From a virus: a DNA stretch of 64,000 nucleotides. The stretch spans positions 41,815-105,814 of IMG/VR virus record IMGVR_UViG_3300021964_000024, one strand, 5' to 3'. The position numbers and the translations under genes are program-made. Shown piece after piece: positions 20,216 through 29,680 of the stretch. The stretch's first letter is position 1. Each line of letters begins with the position of its first letter. Under the pieces are notes generated by a model. That model saw only the letters and a program-made list of their open reading frames with translations. It was not told where the DNA came from and made no database searches.

Positions 20216-20773
20216 TCACGCATACCAACTTCGGTAAAAATCCTTTCCTTCTTCCGCAGGACTCGCATATCGAACATCATCGATGTTGATCCCACGACCA
20301 GTGATTCGCTTCTTGAACTCTTGTCCAATGAACGCATCTTTGACAGGGACAACACGGTCACACATGAATCCCTCACTACCATCAATACTTTGAAGAGCAA
20401 TCTCACGAAGGACAACACTCGCACCCTTCTTCTCAACTACTTGGTAGGCATCGACATTAGTCTGTTCCCAACCCCAAGAAGCAACAAAGATATCACCCTC
20501 TTTCACACTCTCCTGTGCCTTGACACGGGCAGCAGCACGAGCAATTTTGCGTTCCTCTTTGACTTTCTTCGCACGTTCAATACCCGCAAGAAACTCTTCA
20601 AGATACTGGTTCATTCGTTCGAAACTACCGAACACATAGTTGAACTCAATCTTGTAACCCAGACGGGCACGAGGTGAAGGACGCACACACATCGCAACAG
20701 GACGTTCCGCATCAACAGTCAACTCAAAACCTTCCGCAGCAAACTTCTCAATAAATTTCATAATCATCTCCAA
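20216..20773 (-). CDS. hypothetical early protein
   Basis: GDIFVASWGWEQTNVDAYQVV motif. Confidence 0.7.
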   Translation of the reverse strand: MEMIMKFIEKFAAEGFELTVDAERPVAMCVRPSPRARLGYKIEFNYVFGSFERMNQYLEEFLAGIERAKKVKEERKIARAAARVKAQESVKEGDIFVASWGWEQTNVDAYQVVEKKGASVVLREIALQSIDGSEGFMCDRVVPVKDAFIGQEFKKRITGRGINIDDVRYASPAEEGKDFYRSWYA

Positions 20774-20774
20774 A

Positions 20775-20845
20775 ACAAAAAGGGGGGGAGAAGCAGTGAA
20801 CCCCGAAGGTTCCTAGTCAATTGTGACACCAGATCTCCCCAATCA
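20775..20845 (-). ncRNA. putative structured leader / small RNA
   Basis: GGGGAGA/TCTCCCC stem enclosing two hairpins (one UUCG), followed by T tract, immediately after an early promoter. Confidence 0.4.
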
Positions 20846-20849
20846 ACAA

Positions 20850-20900
20850 AGACATTATCTCATAGTTATTTCATGGTGTCAACACTTTTTTTAGACTTTT
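20850..20900 (-). promoter_or_regulatory. early promoter (repeat family)
   Basis: TTGACA-17-GATAAT with ATGA before -10. Confidence 0.8.
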
Positions 20901-20915
20901 TTGCTATATTAATCA

Positions 20916-21167
20916 CTATTTGACCCACACATGGTTATATCTCTCAGGTAGGTTGTCACAGGTATATGCGTCATCTGGATGATAATTGATCACCTCGACA
21001 CATTCCCCTGTAGAATTAGACATATGAACATCAGGCATATCGATCACACTCAATAACCCCTGTCCCACCGCAGTGAGGTAAATAGTCCCCACTACAACGA
21101 CGAAGATCAACGAGAACCACATCTCGTTAACCTCCATTTGGTGTTTATCTTTTCTTATAGGATTCAT
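20916..21167 (-). CDS. small membrane protein
   Basis: TM helix plus Cys pair. Confidence 0.6.
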   Translation of the reverse strand: MNPIRKDKHQMEVNEMWFSLIFVVVVGTIYLTAVGQGLLSVIDMPDVHMSNSTGECVEVINYHPDDAYTCDNLPERYNHVWVK

Positions 21168-21517
21168 TATGCCTCCACTCTGTCGTGAATTGCAACCGCA
21201 CCGTAGAAAGAACCACCAAGTAGTTTATCACAAAGTCTTGAGAACCTTGAGTCACTCGTACCCGCATAGTTCCCACCGAACATAGTCCACTTGTCTTTCT
21301 TAGACACTGGAATCAATCTGAGGATCTTTCTTCCACCGATTGGTTCTGCCATCACAAGTTCTGCGGCAGGATAGTCCTCGCACGGTTCAAAAGGCCCTTC
21401 TGCGTTCACCACAGTGAAACCCTTTGCGTAAGATGACTCACCACCTGCAGTACAGTCCACGTCACCAAAGAACGAATCAGTCCTGTCCTGCTTGTATATG
21501 TTTACATGAATTCCCAT
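21167..21517 (-). CDS. hypothetical early protein
   Basis: MFGGNYAGTSDSRF, AIHDRVE. Confidence 0.7.
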   Translation of the reverse strand: MGIHVNIYKQDRTDSFFGDVDCTAGGESSYAKGFTVVNAEGPFEPCEDYPAAELVMAEPIGGRKILRLIPVSKKDKWTMFGGNYAGTSDSRFSRLCDKLLGGSFYGAVAIHDRVEA

Positions 21518-21519
21518 AA

Positions 21520-21600
21520 TTTACCTCACTTTTCTCAATTACAAGGTAATTATCTCATAATCAAAACAAGATGTCAAGGGTTTTTTGAAAAAAAATTAAA
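21520..21600 (-). promoter_or_regulatory. early promoter/RBS cassette (repeat family)
   Basis: TTGACATCTTGTTTTGATTATGAGATAATTACCTTGTAATTGAGA; 46 bp identical to 43870-43915. Confidence 0.9.
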
Positions 21601-21611
21601 CTTTTTTTAGA

Positions 21612-22022
21612 TCATTTTGCTATATGTTTCGAGTGGATTTTGCACCCAATGAACTCGTTATAGTAATCATCTTTTAATAGGACATCCCGTTCAAACTGTT
21701 CCTTTGCCTCATAGTAAGAACACTCTCCCTTGGTCTTGCATAGTCTCAGGATCTCACGGTAGTAGTTGTCAACACCTCTTTCCTCTACAAGGGTCTTCAG
21801 ATCCTCTGAGGATCCGTAGTAGGTCTTCCAATCACTTTCTGATATTTTAATACGCTTACGGGTCTTTCCTTTCAATGGCGGGAGTCTCCTGCGACTCCAG
21901 AAGAATTTTTTACCGATATACTTCTTGTTAGATGACCTTTCGGTAATCATGTAGACGAACCCCTGCCACTGAGATAGTTCTTCTTCTGTAGGTTCGAATG
22001 GTACGTTCTGATAATGCCACAT
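21612..22022 (-). CDS. GIY-YIG nuclease
   Basis: GFVY...KKYIGKK, YYGSS, YYEAKEQ. Confidence 0.8.
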   Translation of the reverse strand: MWHYQNVPFEPTEEELSQWQGFVYMITERSSNKKYIGKKFFWSRRRLPPLKGKTRKRIKISESDWKTYYGSSEDLKTLVEERGVDNYYREILRLCKTKGECSYYEAKEQFERDVLLKDDYYNEFIGCKIHSKHIAK

Positions 22023-22036
22023 ATTACTATGTAGCT

Positions 22037-22378
22037 TTAGATTACCTCGTTGTTTTCGTCAACCTTAATTTGAGTAGGTTTGGGACACCTGAATCGTGTC
22101 GTAAGATACGTGCACATGTGAACTATGTCGCCTGGCATACACAGTCGAGCGCCTGGCCCCCTTACGGAGATTTCACGGGAACCTCTACCACCTTCGATAA
22201 CGTAGGTAGTCCACCTCTGTCCGTTAGTCTCATTGTAGATATCGATCTGTTCCCATAGTTTGATATTTGCTTCTGACATGAGATCAGGATCTATCGCAAC
22301 AGATCCTTCGTAGTCTAACTGTGTATCGGTGACAGTGGCACGGTGTATTTTGGATTTTAAATATGTAGATAAGTGCAT
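22037..22378 (-). CDS. panD: aspartate 1-decarboxylase (pyruvoyl enzyme), divergent
   Basis: KSKIHRATVT, YEG-S cleavage site, NGQRWTTY. Confidence 0.88.
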   Translation of the reverse strand: MHLSTYLKSKIHRATVTDTQLDYEGSVAIDPDLMSEANIKLWEQIDIYNETNGQRWTTYVIEGGRGSREISVRGPGARLCMPGDIVHMCTYLTTRFRCPKPTQIKVDENNEVI

Positions 22379-22380
22379 AA

Positions 22381-22515
22381 TTATGTTAGGTAGTCAATTA
22401 TTTGGATACAGGTGTACTGTAACAACAGAACACTTGCGATTGCAATTACAGGGTAAACACAGTTTGCCAACATAGGGTTCTCGTTTACCCACTCTTCTAT
22501 TTCTTTGTCATTCAT
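22381..22515 (-). CDS. small membrane protein
   Basis: 44-aa ORF with TM. Confidence 0.5.
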   Translation of the reverse strand: MNDKEIEEWVNENPMLANCVYPVIAIASVLLLQYTCIQIIDYLT

Positions 22516-22657
22516 CGGAATCTTTCAACTGAACAAGGTCTGAATCAGATCCGCACATCGGACAATGCGCTGGCGGATCGTCATCTTCATGAACAATAAT
22601 AGTAGTCTCTATGTCACAGATCGGACAGTCGTTAACATACTTGAAAGCATCTGTCAT
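22508..22657 (-). CDS. small zinc-ribbon protein
   Basis: CPIC...CPMCG, ATG overlaps nrdB stop. Confidence 0.65.
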   Translation of the reverse strand: MTDAFKYVNDCPICDIETTIIVHEDDDPPAHCPMCGSDSDLVQLKDSDE

Positions 22658-23661
22658 GCTGCACAACCCGTTCCGTCTAACTCACACATGACTGGTGCGG
22701 GAGCACCTTCTTCTTCCCATCCCCAGTCACCTTCCATTCCGTTTACAGAATACTCAGTGACTCGTTTTTCAAAGAAGTTGTCATGAGACGCACCATTCAA
22801 TACCCAGTCTAACCAAGGTAGTGGATTGTCCTTTTGTCGAAACTTCGGTTTCAATCCTAGTTGAAGTAAACGTCTATCCGCAATGTGACGGATGTATTGT
22901 TTCACTTCTTCCTTCGTTAGACCCTCGACATCATTACCTCTAAATGCAAGTTGAATGAACTTGTCTTCTAGTGCAACAGCAGTCTTTGCCATCTCATAGA
23001 TCTTAGACTTGAGTTCATCGTTTACGATACGTGGATGTTCATCACAGAACTCACGGAACAGCTTTGCGTTACCCTGCACGTGTAGAGACTCATCACGTAT
23101 CGACCACTCAACGATTGTACCCATACCCTTCATCTTACCAAAACGTTGGAAGTTGAGTAACATCACAAAAGAACTGAACAGACTCATACCCTCGTTGAAT
23201 ACTGATTGTGCGAGTGCAAGTGCAAGTCCGGTGTGAGTGTTTGAGTCACCTTCTTTCATGAAGTCAACCTTGTCTGCCATCTCTTTAAACTCAAGAAACT
23301 TGTGGTACTCTTCGTCGGGTAGACCCAGAGTATCATTCAACAGTGCATACGCACGTTGGTGTACTGCTTCTCGACCCGCAAACGATGACAACATGTTACG
23401 GACTTCATTGTTCTTGAATTTTGGAATCAAGAGTTCGTGATAGTTCTCACCCACCTGTACGTCTGACTGAGTAAACAGTCTCAAGATGTGAGTAATGAAC
23501 TCTTTCTCTGATTCAGTTAGTTTGGTTTTCCAGTCCTGTACGTCTTCGGACAGTTCTGCTTCGTCTTCAATCCAGTGCACCTCTTCGTGCTTCTTGGATA
23601 GTTCTACCGCCCATGGATACTTGAACGGTTTGTAAGTTGTACTAAATTCTAATAATGCCAT
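22654..23661 (-). CDS. nrdB: ribonucleotide reductase class I beta subunit
   Basis: EAVHQRAY, EGMSLFSSF, DESLH, NFFEKRVTEY. Confidence 0.95.
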   Translation of the reverse strand: MALLEFSTTYKPFKYPWAVELSKKHEEVHWIEDEAELSEDVQDWKTKLTESEKEFITHILRLFTQSDVQVGENYHELLIPKFKNNEVRNMLSSFAGREAVHQRAYALLNDTLGLPDEEYHKFLEFKEMADKVDFMKEGDSNTHTGLALALAQSVFNEGMSLFSSFVMLLNFQRFGKMKGMGTIVEWSIRDESLHVQGNAKLFREFCDEHPRIVNDELKSKIYEMAKTAVALEDKFIQLAFRGNDVEGLTKEEVKQYIRHIADRRLLQLGLKPKFRQKDNPLPWLDWVLNGASHDNFFEKRVTEYSVNGMEGDWGWEEEGAPAPVMCELDGTGCAA

Positions 23662-25641
23662 TTATCCCTCGCAAGCTTTGCATTCGTCTTCTTCGTTATT
23701 TTCTGCCGGTGTATCTAACCATTCCATTAGTTCTTGGTATCCACCTATGTAGTTCCCCTGAATATAGATTTGGGGTACAGTTTTGACCTTACGTCCCGTT
23801 ACTTCTGCAGCGGTCTTACCGATCTCTTCGAGATCTATCTTGTCAAATAGAATACCTCGTAACTTGAGTTCTTCCATTGCAAGAGCACACCAAGGGCAGT
23901 TCTTTTTACTATAGACAATGCTACGAGTATCATCCTGCAGTGCAACACGTTCTACTTTCTCAGATACGTTTTCTGCACGTGACTTTGCTTCGGTACGGAG
24001 ATAGTATAGACCTTTCAGTCCTTCTTTCCATGCCTTCAAATGCACCTTGTTAACATAAGATTTCTCTGCACCAGATGGGAAAAAGATATTAACTGACTGT
24101 CCTTGACAGATGTACTTCTGACGATCTGCTGCATGTTGGATAACCCAGTTCTGATCTAATTCCTGTGCAGTCTTATATATACTTTTTTCACCCTCTGTTA
24201 GGAAAGGTAAGTGCTGAACACTACCTTTATTTGTGATAATACTAGTCCAGTTGGACTCGTTGTTCTCACCCTTACTCTCCAGTAACTCTTCCAAGTATTT
24301 GTTCTTTACAAGGAACGAACCTGATCGGGTACGGTGCGTATATGCACATGCCTTTAACGGTTCGATGCTTGGACTTGTAGACAGAATGACTCCGCTTGAG
24401 GCGTTTGGTGCAATTGCAAGGAGATGTGCGTTTCTCCTTCCGGATCCTGCACCGTCAGGATATTCCCCCCTCTCTTCTGCAAGTCGTTGAGTTTCTGCGA
24501 CAGCTTCTCCGTTAATATGGGCAAACACAACATCGTTGATTTCTCTTGCCTTTCTTGATTCCCATGCGACTCCATTTTTTTGGAGGAGACTGTGGAATCC
24601 CATTGCTCCGAGTCCAATTGATCGTTCACGTTCTGCAGAGTACTTTGCACGGCTGATAGTGTCTGGTGCGTTTTCGATAAAGTATTCGAGAACATTATCA
24701 AGCATACGCACAATATCCCGCACAATAGTAGTGTTTTTCCATTCATCATAATACTCCAGATTCAAACTAGATAAACAACATACCGCAGTCCGGTCTTCAC
24801 TTGTCGGTAAGTGTATCTCATTACATAAATTGGATCCATGAATTTGTAGACCAAGATCCTTTAGTGGTTGGGGTAGCATTTCATTTGCAGTGTCGATGAA
24901 GTTCAGATAGGGTTCACCTGTACGGAACCTCACTTCCAAAATACGTTCCCATAGTTTACGTGCCTTGATCGTCTCCTTCACAGTTCCATCTTTTGGATCA
25001 CGCAGATCAAAGTCAGAGTTAGTCATGACTGCTTCCATGAACTCATTACTGACATTGATTGCGTTGTGTAGGTTTAACGCTTTACGTTGCACGTCACCCG
25101 TAGGAATACGGATGTTTAAAAATTCGATAATGTCTGGATGCGACACGTCCATGTAAGCGGCATAAGAACCCTTACGAGTCTTACCTTGACGGTAAGCAAT
25201 CATGTCTGCATCTACAGTGTGTAGGAACGGGATAGGGCCTGGTGCAATGTCTGACACGGTTCGCACGTCACTCCAGTGACCCCCAACACCGCCACCATAA
25301 ACACTAAGCCAACGTAACTCAGAACTGTGACCAATGAGACCCTCCAGAGTATCTGGCACATAAGTGAGGAAACACGAGATAGGCATTCCTTTCCCTTTAC
25401 CGTGTCCATTAGGTGCGTTAGAAAGTACAGGAGAAGCGTACATAAACCACTTATTACTAACATAATCATATAACCGTTGAGCAAGATCTTCATCCATCTC
25501 TCCCTTATATGTTGACCATGCCTTTGCGGCACGTGCGTATCCCTCTTGAGGGGAGTCTTCATAATCATTCAGGTAGAAGTCTTTCAGCATCCCTACTGCA
25601 TAGTCCTCTAACAACTTATCCTTTTTCTTATCAATTTTCAT
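23662..25641 (-). CDS. nrdA: ribonucleotide reductase class I alpha subunit with fused glutaredoxin
   Basis: SNLCNEI, IAPNASS, LYYLR, then CPWC/TVPQI Grx domain and C-terminal CKAC. Confidence 0.95.
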   Translation of the reverse strand: MKIDKKKDKLLEDYAVGMLKDFYLNDYEDSPQEGYARAAKAWSTYKGEMDEDLAQRLYDYVSNKWFMYASPVLSNAPNGHGKGKGMPISCFLTYVPDTLEGLIGHSSELRWLSVYGGGVGGHWSDVRTVSDIAPGPIPFLHTVDADMIAYRQGKTRKGSYAAYMDVSHPDIIEFLNIRIPTGDVQRKALNLHNAINVSNEFMEAVMTNSDFDLRDPKDGTVKETIKARKLWERILEVRFRTGEPYLNFIDTANEMLPQPLKDLGLQIHGSNLCNEIHLPTSEDRTAVCCLSSLNLEYYDEWKNTTIVRDIVRMLDNVLEYFIENAPDTISRAKYSAERERSIGLGAMGFHSLLQKNGVAWESRKAREINDVVFAHINGEAVAETQRLAEERGEYPDGAGSGRRNAHLLAIAPNASSGVILSTSPSIEPLKACAYTHRTRSGSFLVKNKYLEELLESKGENNESNWTSIITNKGSVQHLPFLTEGEKSIYKTAQELDQNWVIQHAADRQKYICQGQSVNIFFPSGAEKSYVNKVHLKAWKEGLKGLYYLRTEAKSRAENVSEKVERVALQDDTRSIVYSKKNCPWCALAMEELKLRGILFDKIDLEEIGKTAAEVTGRKVKTVPQIYIQGNYIGGYQELMEWLDTPAENNEEDECKACEG

Positions 25642-26010
25642 TTATCTTCCACCACTGTAATCGTAAAATGGTTCATCGGGAACATATTCATAGTTCTCAA
25701 TTACCGCTTGTTTCTTTGTATCTATGAACTTGTCAACCATGGTTAACACTTTCTGGTCTTGTTCCGTCTGAGACCAAATCTCTTCCCACATAAAGTGATT
25801 TACAAGAGACGACTCAGGATTGGAAATTAGAAATCTGTCTTGTCGGAGTTCTTCACTGTCGCATCCTTCCATAGGTACAAAGATCAATTTTTCTACATGT
25901 CCGCCTGCCATACCCAGATTATTCTGCAGGGCTACTACCTCTTCTACTTCATCTTGATCCTTACCATGAAAAACGCAGACAGTAAATCCCCTATGATCTA
26001 TAGTCTTCAT
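25642..26010 (-). CDS. hypothetical protein
   Basis: 122-aa ORF upstream of nrdA. Confidence 0.65.
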   Translation of the reverse strand: MKTIDHRGFTVCVFHGKDQDEVEEVVALQNNLGMAGGHVEKLIFVPMEGCDSEELRQDRFLISNPESSLVNHFMWEEIWSQTEQDQKVLTMVDKFIDTKKQAVIENYEYVPDEPFYDYSGGR

Positions 26011-26037
26011 AGCGTTAGTTCCTAGTTTGGTTTGAAC

Positions 26038-26066
26038 ATCATAACAGACTCAACGAGAAATGTCAA
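26038..26066 (-). promoter_or_regulatory. sigma70-type promoter for nrd operon
   Basis: TTGACA-17-TATGAT with extended TG. Confidence 0.75.
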
Positions 26067-26068
26067 GC

Positions 26069-26221
26069 CTATAAGGGAGATTTTCGTTTAAGAACCTTCG
26101 CAAGCAGTTCATCACGCTTACGTTTCTTTTTCTTTTTCACTACCACTGTAGAGGCATCATCACCCGTACCAACTACGGATGCTGTCGTTGTGTCCTCAGC
26201 ATGTGTTTTAAATTTCTTCAT
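26069..26221 (-). CDS. small basic protein with capsid-targeting-like N-terminus
   Basis: MKKFKTHAE...Lys-rich tail, RBS GAGG. Confidence 0.6.
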   Translation of the reverse strand: MKKFKTHAEDTTTASVVGTGDDASTVVVKKKKKRKRDELLAKVLKRKSPL

Positions 26222-26825
26222 TGGTGTCCTCTCTTTTAAGTAAAACCACAACCGACACTTCTACTCCATCACCCCCGTTCCAACGTCTCTTAGAGTTTTC
26301 GATTTCATACACTTCATGTATCTTATAGGGATGATTGTCACTCTGGTCTATATGGTTTACAAATCTTTTTATGTCCGAAAACAGGTTTATGTCATCTATT
26401 AGGATATATGGAATTTTTGCTAGACTACAGTTGATGTAATCTCTTCGCATTGCTTCATGTCTATGATCCCCGTCGATATACGCCAAATCGTATCCTTCTG
26501 ATAATTCTTCGGGTGTGATCTCACGAGAATCTTTGATACCAAATTTGAACCTGTCTCCAAAGATCTTTTCCATCTTATTGGCGGCTGGTCTAGTATAACG
26601 ATGTCTTCCAATGTCGATAGAGTGAACTTCGATGTCACGGTCTGTTGAGAGGAAACAGTACGTAGAATGTCCTGCGTTGAATCCGATTTCTAAAATCTTC
26701 TTTGCACCAGTTGTTGCCAACATGGATTTAAAATTGCGAACGGTCTTATCTGATAGATATGCATGACCTTCGTTGATATATCTTTCCATACCAGAAAAAT
26801 GATGGTCATACCTATCTTGCATCAT
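26208..26825 (-). CDS. class I SAM methyltransferase (Methyltransf_24-like)
   Basis: ILEIGFNAGHS, YIDGDH, LIDD. Confidence 0.85.
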   Translation of the reverse strand: MMQDRYDHHFSGMERYINEGHAYLSDKTVRNFKSMLATTGAKKILEIGFNAGHSTYCFLSTDRDIEVHSIDIGRHRYTRPAANKMEKIFGDRFKFGIKDSREITPEELSEGYDLAYIDGDHRHEAMRRDYINCSLAKIPYILIDDINLFSDIKRFVNHIDQSDNHPYKIHEVYEIENSKRRWNGGDGVEVSVVVLLKREDTNEEI

Positions 26826-27403
26826 TTCGATAACTCCGCCGTGGTTATGTAAACTTTTTGATTGGATTTCAGATGAGTCGCTTCGTAAATGGATAGACCA
26901 AGTATCTCATCTATAGGCATAGTCACTTCTACTCTAAGTTGGTCACCTTTCTTGACAACCTCTTCGCACTTAGTAGTGATGCTGTCATTCTTGATTCGGT
27001 AGATGCCTGGCGATAACTCATTACCTTCTAACATAAACCACTGAGTCTCTTCTGCGAGACAGTCAAGAATGTCTATACCTGTTTCTTTGTGGATCTTATC
27101 TATGTCTCCACCGTGTTCTTTGATCAGTGCAAGAGCGGCACCGTATCGTGCGACCACAGATGAACCGCCTGGCGCTTTTGCCATGATTCGTTTTAAATTG
27201 AAAACAAGACGATGGAATGTCGTGTAGTGTGCTCTATATGCTTCACGATCATCCATAGAATTCTGTGAGAAGTCTTTGTTCTTATTTCCGTCTTTGTCTA
27301 TGATTCCCGCTTTGAACGCTTCGGTATCCTCGAACTTCGTTACCAGAAGTTTCAAGAACCGGATAGTATAGACAAGATCTGCTGCTGATTTTAATAGTCC
27401 CAT
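26822..27403 (-). CDS. conserved T4-like late protein
   Basis: AFKAGIIDKDG, FHRLVFNLKR; late promoter upstream. Confidence 0.7.
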   Translation of the reverse strand: MGLLKSAADLVYTIRFLKLLVTKFEDTEAFKAGIIDKDGNKNKDFSQNSMDDREAYRAHYTTFHRLVFNLKRIMAKAPGGSSVVARYGAALALIKEHGGDIDKIHKETGIDILDCLAEETQWFMLEGNELSPGIYRIKNDSITTKCEEVVKKGDQLRVEVTMPIDEILGLSIYEATHLKSNQKVYITTAELSK

Positions 27404-27409
27404 AGTGCT

Positions 27410-27417
27410 TATTTATA
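27410..27417 (-). promoter_or_regulatory. T4-type late promoter
   Basis: TATAAATA. Confidence 0.7.
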
Positions 27418-28819
27418 CCGTTTCTACCAGTGCTTTTGGTACTGTTGAATTAAAAATGTTATCAAAGATTCCTTGGTACATAGCGTACAGGGCATCCTTG
27501 TGAGGAGTAATAAGTTCGTAATCAAACTTGTCCTTGAGGATCTTTCTCTGTATCGGTGAGTCCATACCGAATTCCTGTAACCATCCCTTTGGACACTTCA
27601 ACACCTCATGGAAAATTCTCCTGTCATTATATAGTGATCCACACATCACGTCATTATTCTGTGATATGGCACGAGTATAGAACTTAGGTGTTGTCCACTT
27701 TACCATAGCATTCAAGGAGTCCTCACGTGATCTATCTTTATTAAACCACCCCCCTACAAACTGTTCTAAGATCTCCTCGAACGTTTCATCATCACCCAAG
27801 GTATATGTTGCACCGTACTGACCACCCTTGGACGCAATATCCTTTCTTAGTTTGGAAACAACAGACTCTTGATCCTCGTTCCAAAACTCATACGCCAACA
27901 TCTGCATGTGGGGAATGAGATCTCGAAAGAACATCTCATCACCGTTGACTCCGTACATCACTATATCTGGTTTGACTTCACAGTCTGCAATTTGTTTCAT
28001 CGTAGGTAAGATAGTTGCCCATCTTGTACTGGAATCATTCAAATACTTTTCAGTATACTCCTTTGCACGGTTCATGTCAAATTCTTCGAACAGTACGTTT
28101 GGATAGTGTGTCGCAATCTCACGTTTATACTTGTGACCATTTTCGCCAGCTAAACATGGTACAACTGTGTACATGTATTGTGGATCTTCATAAAAGTAGT
28201 GAGACTGCAGTGCAGAGTCTATACCCTCTGATAGAGCAATGAATCTATTAGGATACCTGTCCTTGATAACTTGTGCATGACCACTCATACACTCGTGAAT
28301 GAAATCGACCAGTTCTTCGGGATCATTCCTTACTTCAGATTCGTATGCATCACGAGAATCTTGTGTGTATCGATATGAGGGTAGTAAAGAATTGATGTGA
28401 CCAAAGAAGGTCTGACGTTCTTTACCAGAAAACTCTCTACGAAGAAATGGTTCATATTGCAAAGACTTCTGTACAATGTCTGATTCTTGTATCGTCATCC
28501 ATGGAAGGTGATTGGATAACTCGAACCCATATATCTGAGAAGTAAAGATCTTGTGGTTGTTGAAGTAGTCTAGTGCATAGTCAATTTTATGAGGTAGAAT
28601 ACGTACCGCAAAGAAATTACCGTTGGCATTTTGTAGTGACCACCAGTCATCCAATAGGGTTTCGATGGGTTGCTCGATAGTGTATCCCTGCCAGAGTAGA
28701 ACATATCCCGTACCACTATGTACGTTGACTTCATCATCATGACAGTAGTAGTACTTACCGAAATTTTTTACTTCATGATTTTTTATTTTTTTGGGATTCG
28801 TACAGACGAAAAACTTCAC
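27413..28819 (-). CDS. asparagine synthetase-like ATP pyrophosphatase
   Basis: NGNFFA, ALSEGIDS, GVNGDEMF. Confidence 0.65.
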   Translation of the reverse strand: MKFFVCTNPKKIKNHEVKNFGKYYYCHDDEVNVHSGTGYVLLWQGYTIEQPIETLLDDWWSLQNANGNFFAVRILPHKIDYALDYFNNHKIFTSQIYGFELSNHLPWMTIQESDIVQKSLQYEPFLRREFSGKERQTFFGHINSLLPSYRYTQDSRDAYESEVRNDPEELVDFIHECMSGHAQVIKDRYPNRFIALSEGIDSALQSHYFYEDPQYMYTVVPCLAGENGHKYKREIATHYPNVLFEEFDMNRAKEYTEKYLNDSSTRWATILPTMKQIADCEVKPDIVMYGVNGDEMFFRDLIPHMQMLAYEFWNEDQESVVSKLRKDIASKGGQYGATYTLGDDETFEEILEQFVGGWFNKDRSREDSLNAMVKWTTPKFYTRAISQNNDVMCGSLYNDRRIFHEVLKCPKGWLQEFGMDSPIQRKILKDKFDYELITPHKDALYAMYQGIFDNIFNSTVPKALVETV

Positions 28820-28829
28820 CTAAATTTCC

Positions 28830-29303
28830 TCATATTTTTACCCAATAGGATTTTTCGTAACTCTGTAACATATACTCTTTATACATGACACCTGTCTCTT
28901 GCGATATGTCACCCAGTACGTCTTTTACTGATTCGTGATTCTCTACTCTCCACTTATCTATATCTATTCCTCTCTGACCGTGCAACCACGGAGTGACCAT
29001 TATCCACCCATCATTGACTTCGGTAATGAATCCACATTGATCCGGTCTTGTTTCTAAATCAAGACCATACTTCAGGTATCCACAATCAAAGGATCGGCAG
29101 ACGTGCGGTCTCTTTTCGTAGATTTTACAGTCACCGGATTTCGAGCACAGTTTATTACAACCGGATCCCCAGTCGTATTTGATACCCTCTTTCAGGGCGA
29201 CTTTCTGCGATAGGATGATATCAGGATCTTGTCTGGTGTACCAGTTGTCGTGAGTGAATCCTAGTGAGTCGCAACAAGCCGTGCAATCTCCACATGGGTT
29301 CAT
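28830..29303 (-). CDS. YkgJ-like Cys-cluster (Zn/Fe) protein
   Basis: CGDCTACC, CKIYEKRPHVCRSFDC. Confidence 0.8.
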   Translation of the reverse strand: MNPCGDCTACCDSLGFTHDNWYTRQDPDIILSQKVALKEGIKYDWGSGCNKLCSKSGDCKIYEKRPHVCRSFDCGYLKYGLDLETRPDQCGFITEVNDGWIMVTPWLHGQRGIDIDKWRVENHESVKDVLGDISQETGVMYKEYMLQSYEKSYWVKI

Positions 29304-29662
29304 AGATTTCGTAACCTATCCACCACGAACATATCTTGATCGATACCGACCAGATCATTACCTTCAAGTGCTTTCAAAAAGATAAGAAACGGTTTGAGAG
29401 CAGACCAGTGTTCTGGTTCTATCTTGAGTGCTAACATCTCAACACCAGATTCGAATCCCCAACAATTGAAGATCACGATCAGGTGATTAAGGATGAGTCT
29501 TTCGGAGAGTTCTTGTGTGTCTCTATAACGATTGAGTAATCGCTTGACATACTTGAATCGTTTGATGTCATCGAAGAATTCTTCACTGTCTATGCAGGTA
29601 GGATTATAATAATTCTGCGCTGCATAGAGCGTGAAGGTTTTGGGGGTCAGTTCTAATTTCAT
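29300..29662 (-). CDS. conserved T4-like hypothetical protein
   Basis: YYNP.C, ERLILNH motifs. Confidence 0.75.
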   Translation of the reverse strand: MKLELTPKTFTLYAAQNYYNPTCIDSEEFFDDIKRFKYVKRLLNRYRDTQELSERLILNHLIVIFNCWGFESGVEMLALKIEPEHWSALKPFLIFLKALEGNDLVGIDQDMFVVDRLRNL

Positions 29663-29680
29663 AATATATCTAGTTGTAAA

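Noticed and set aside
21612-22022. Mobile homing endonuclease
   Set aside because: Catalytic domain only, with no DNA-binding extension or insertion signature; more likely a resident nuclease
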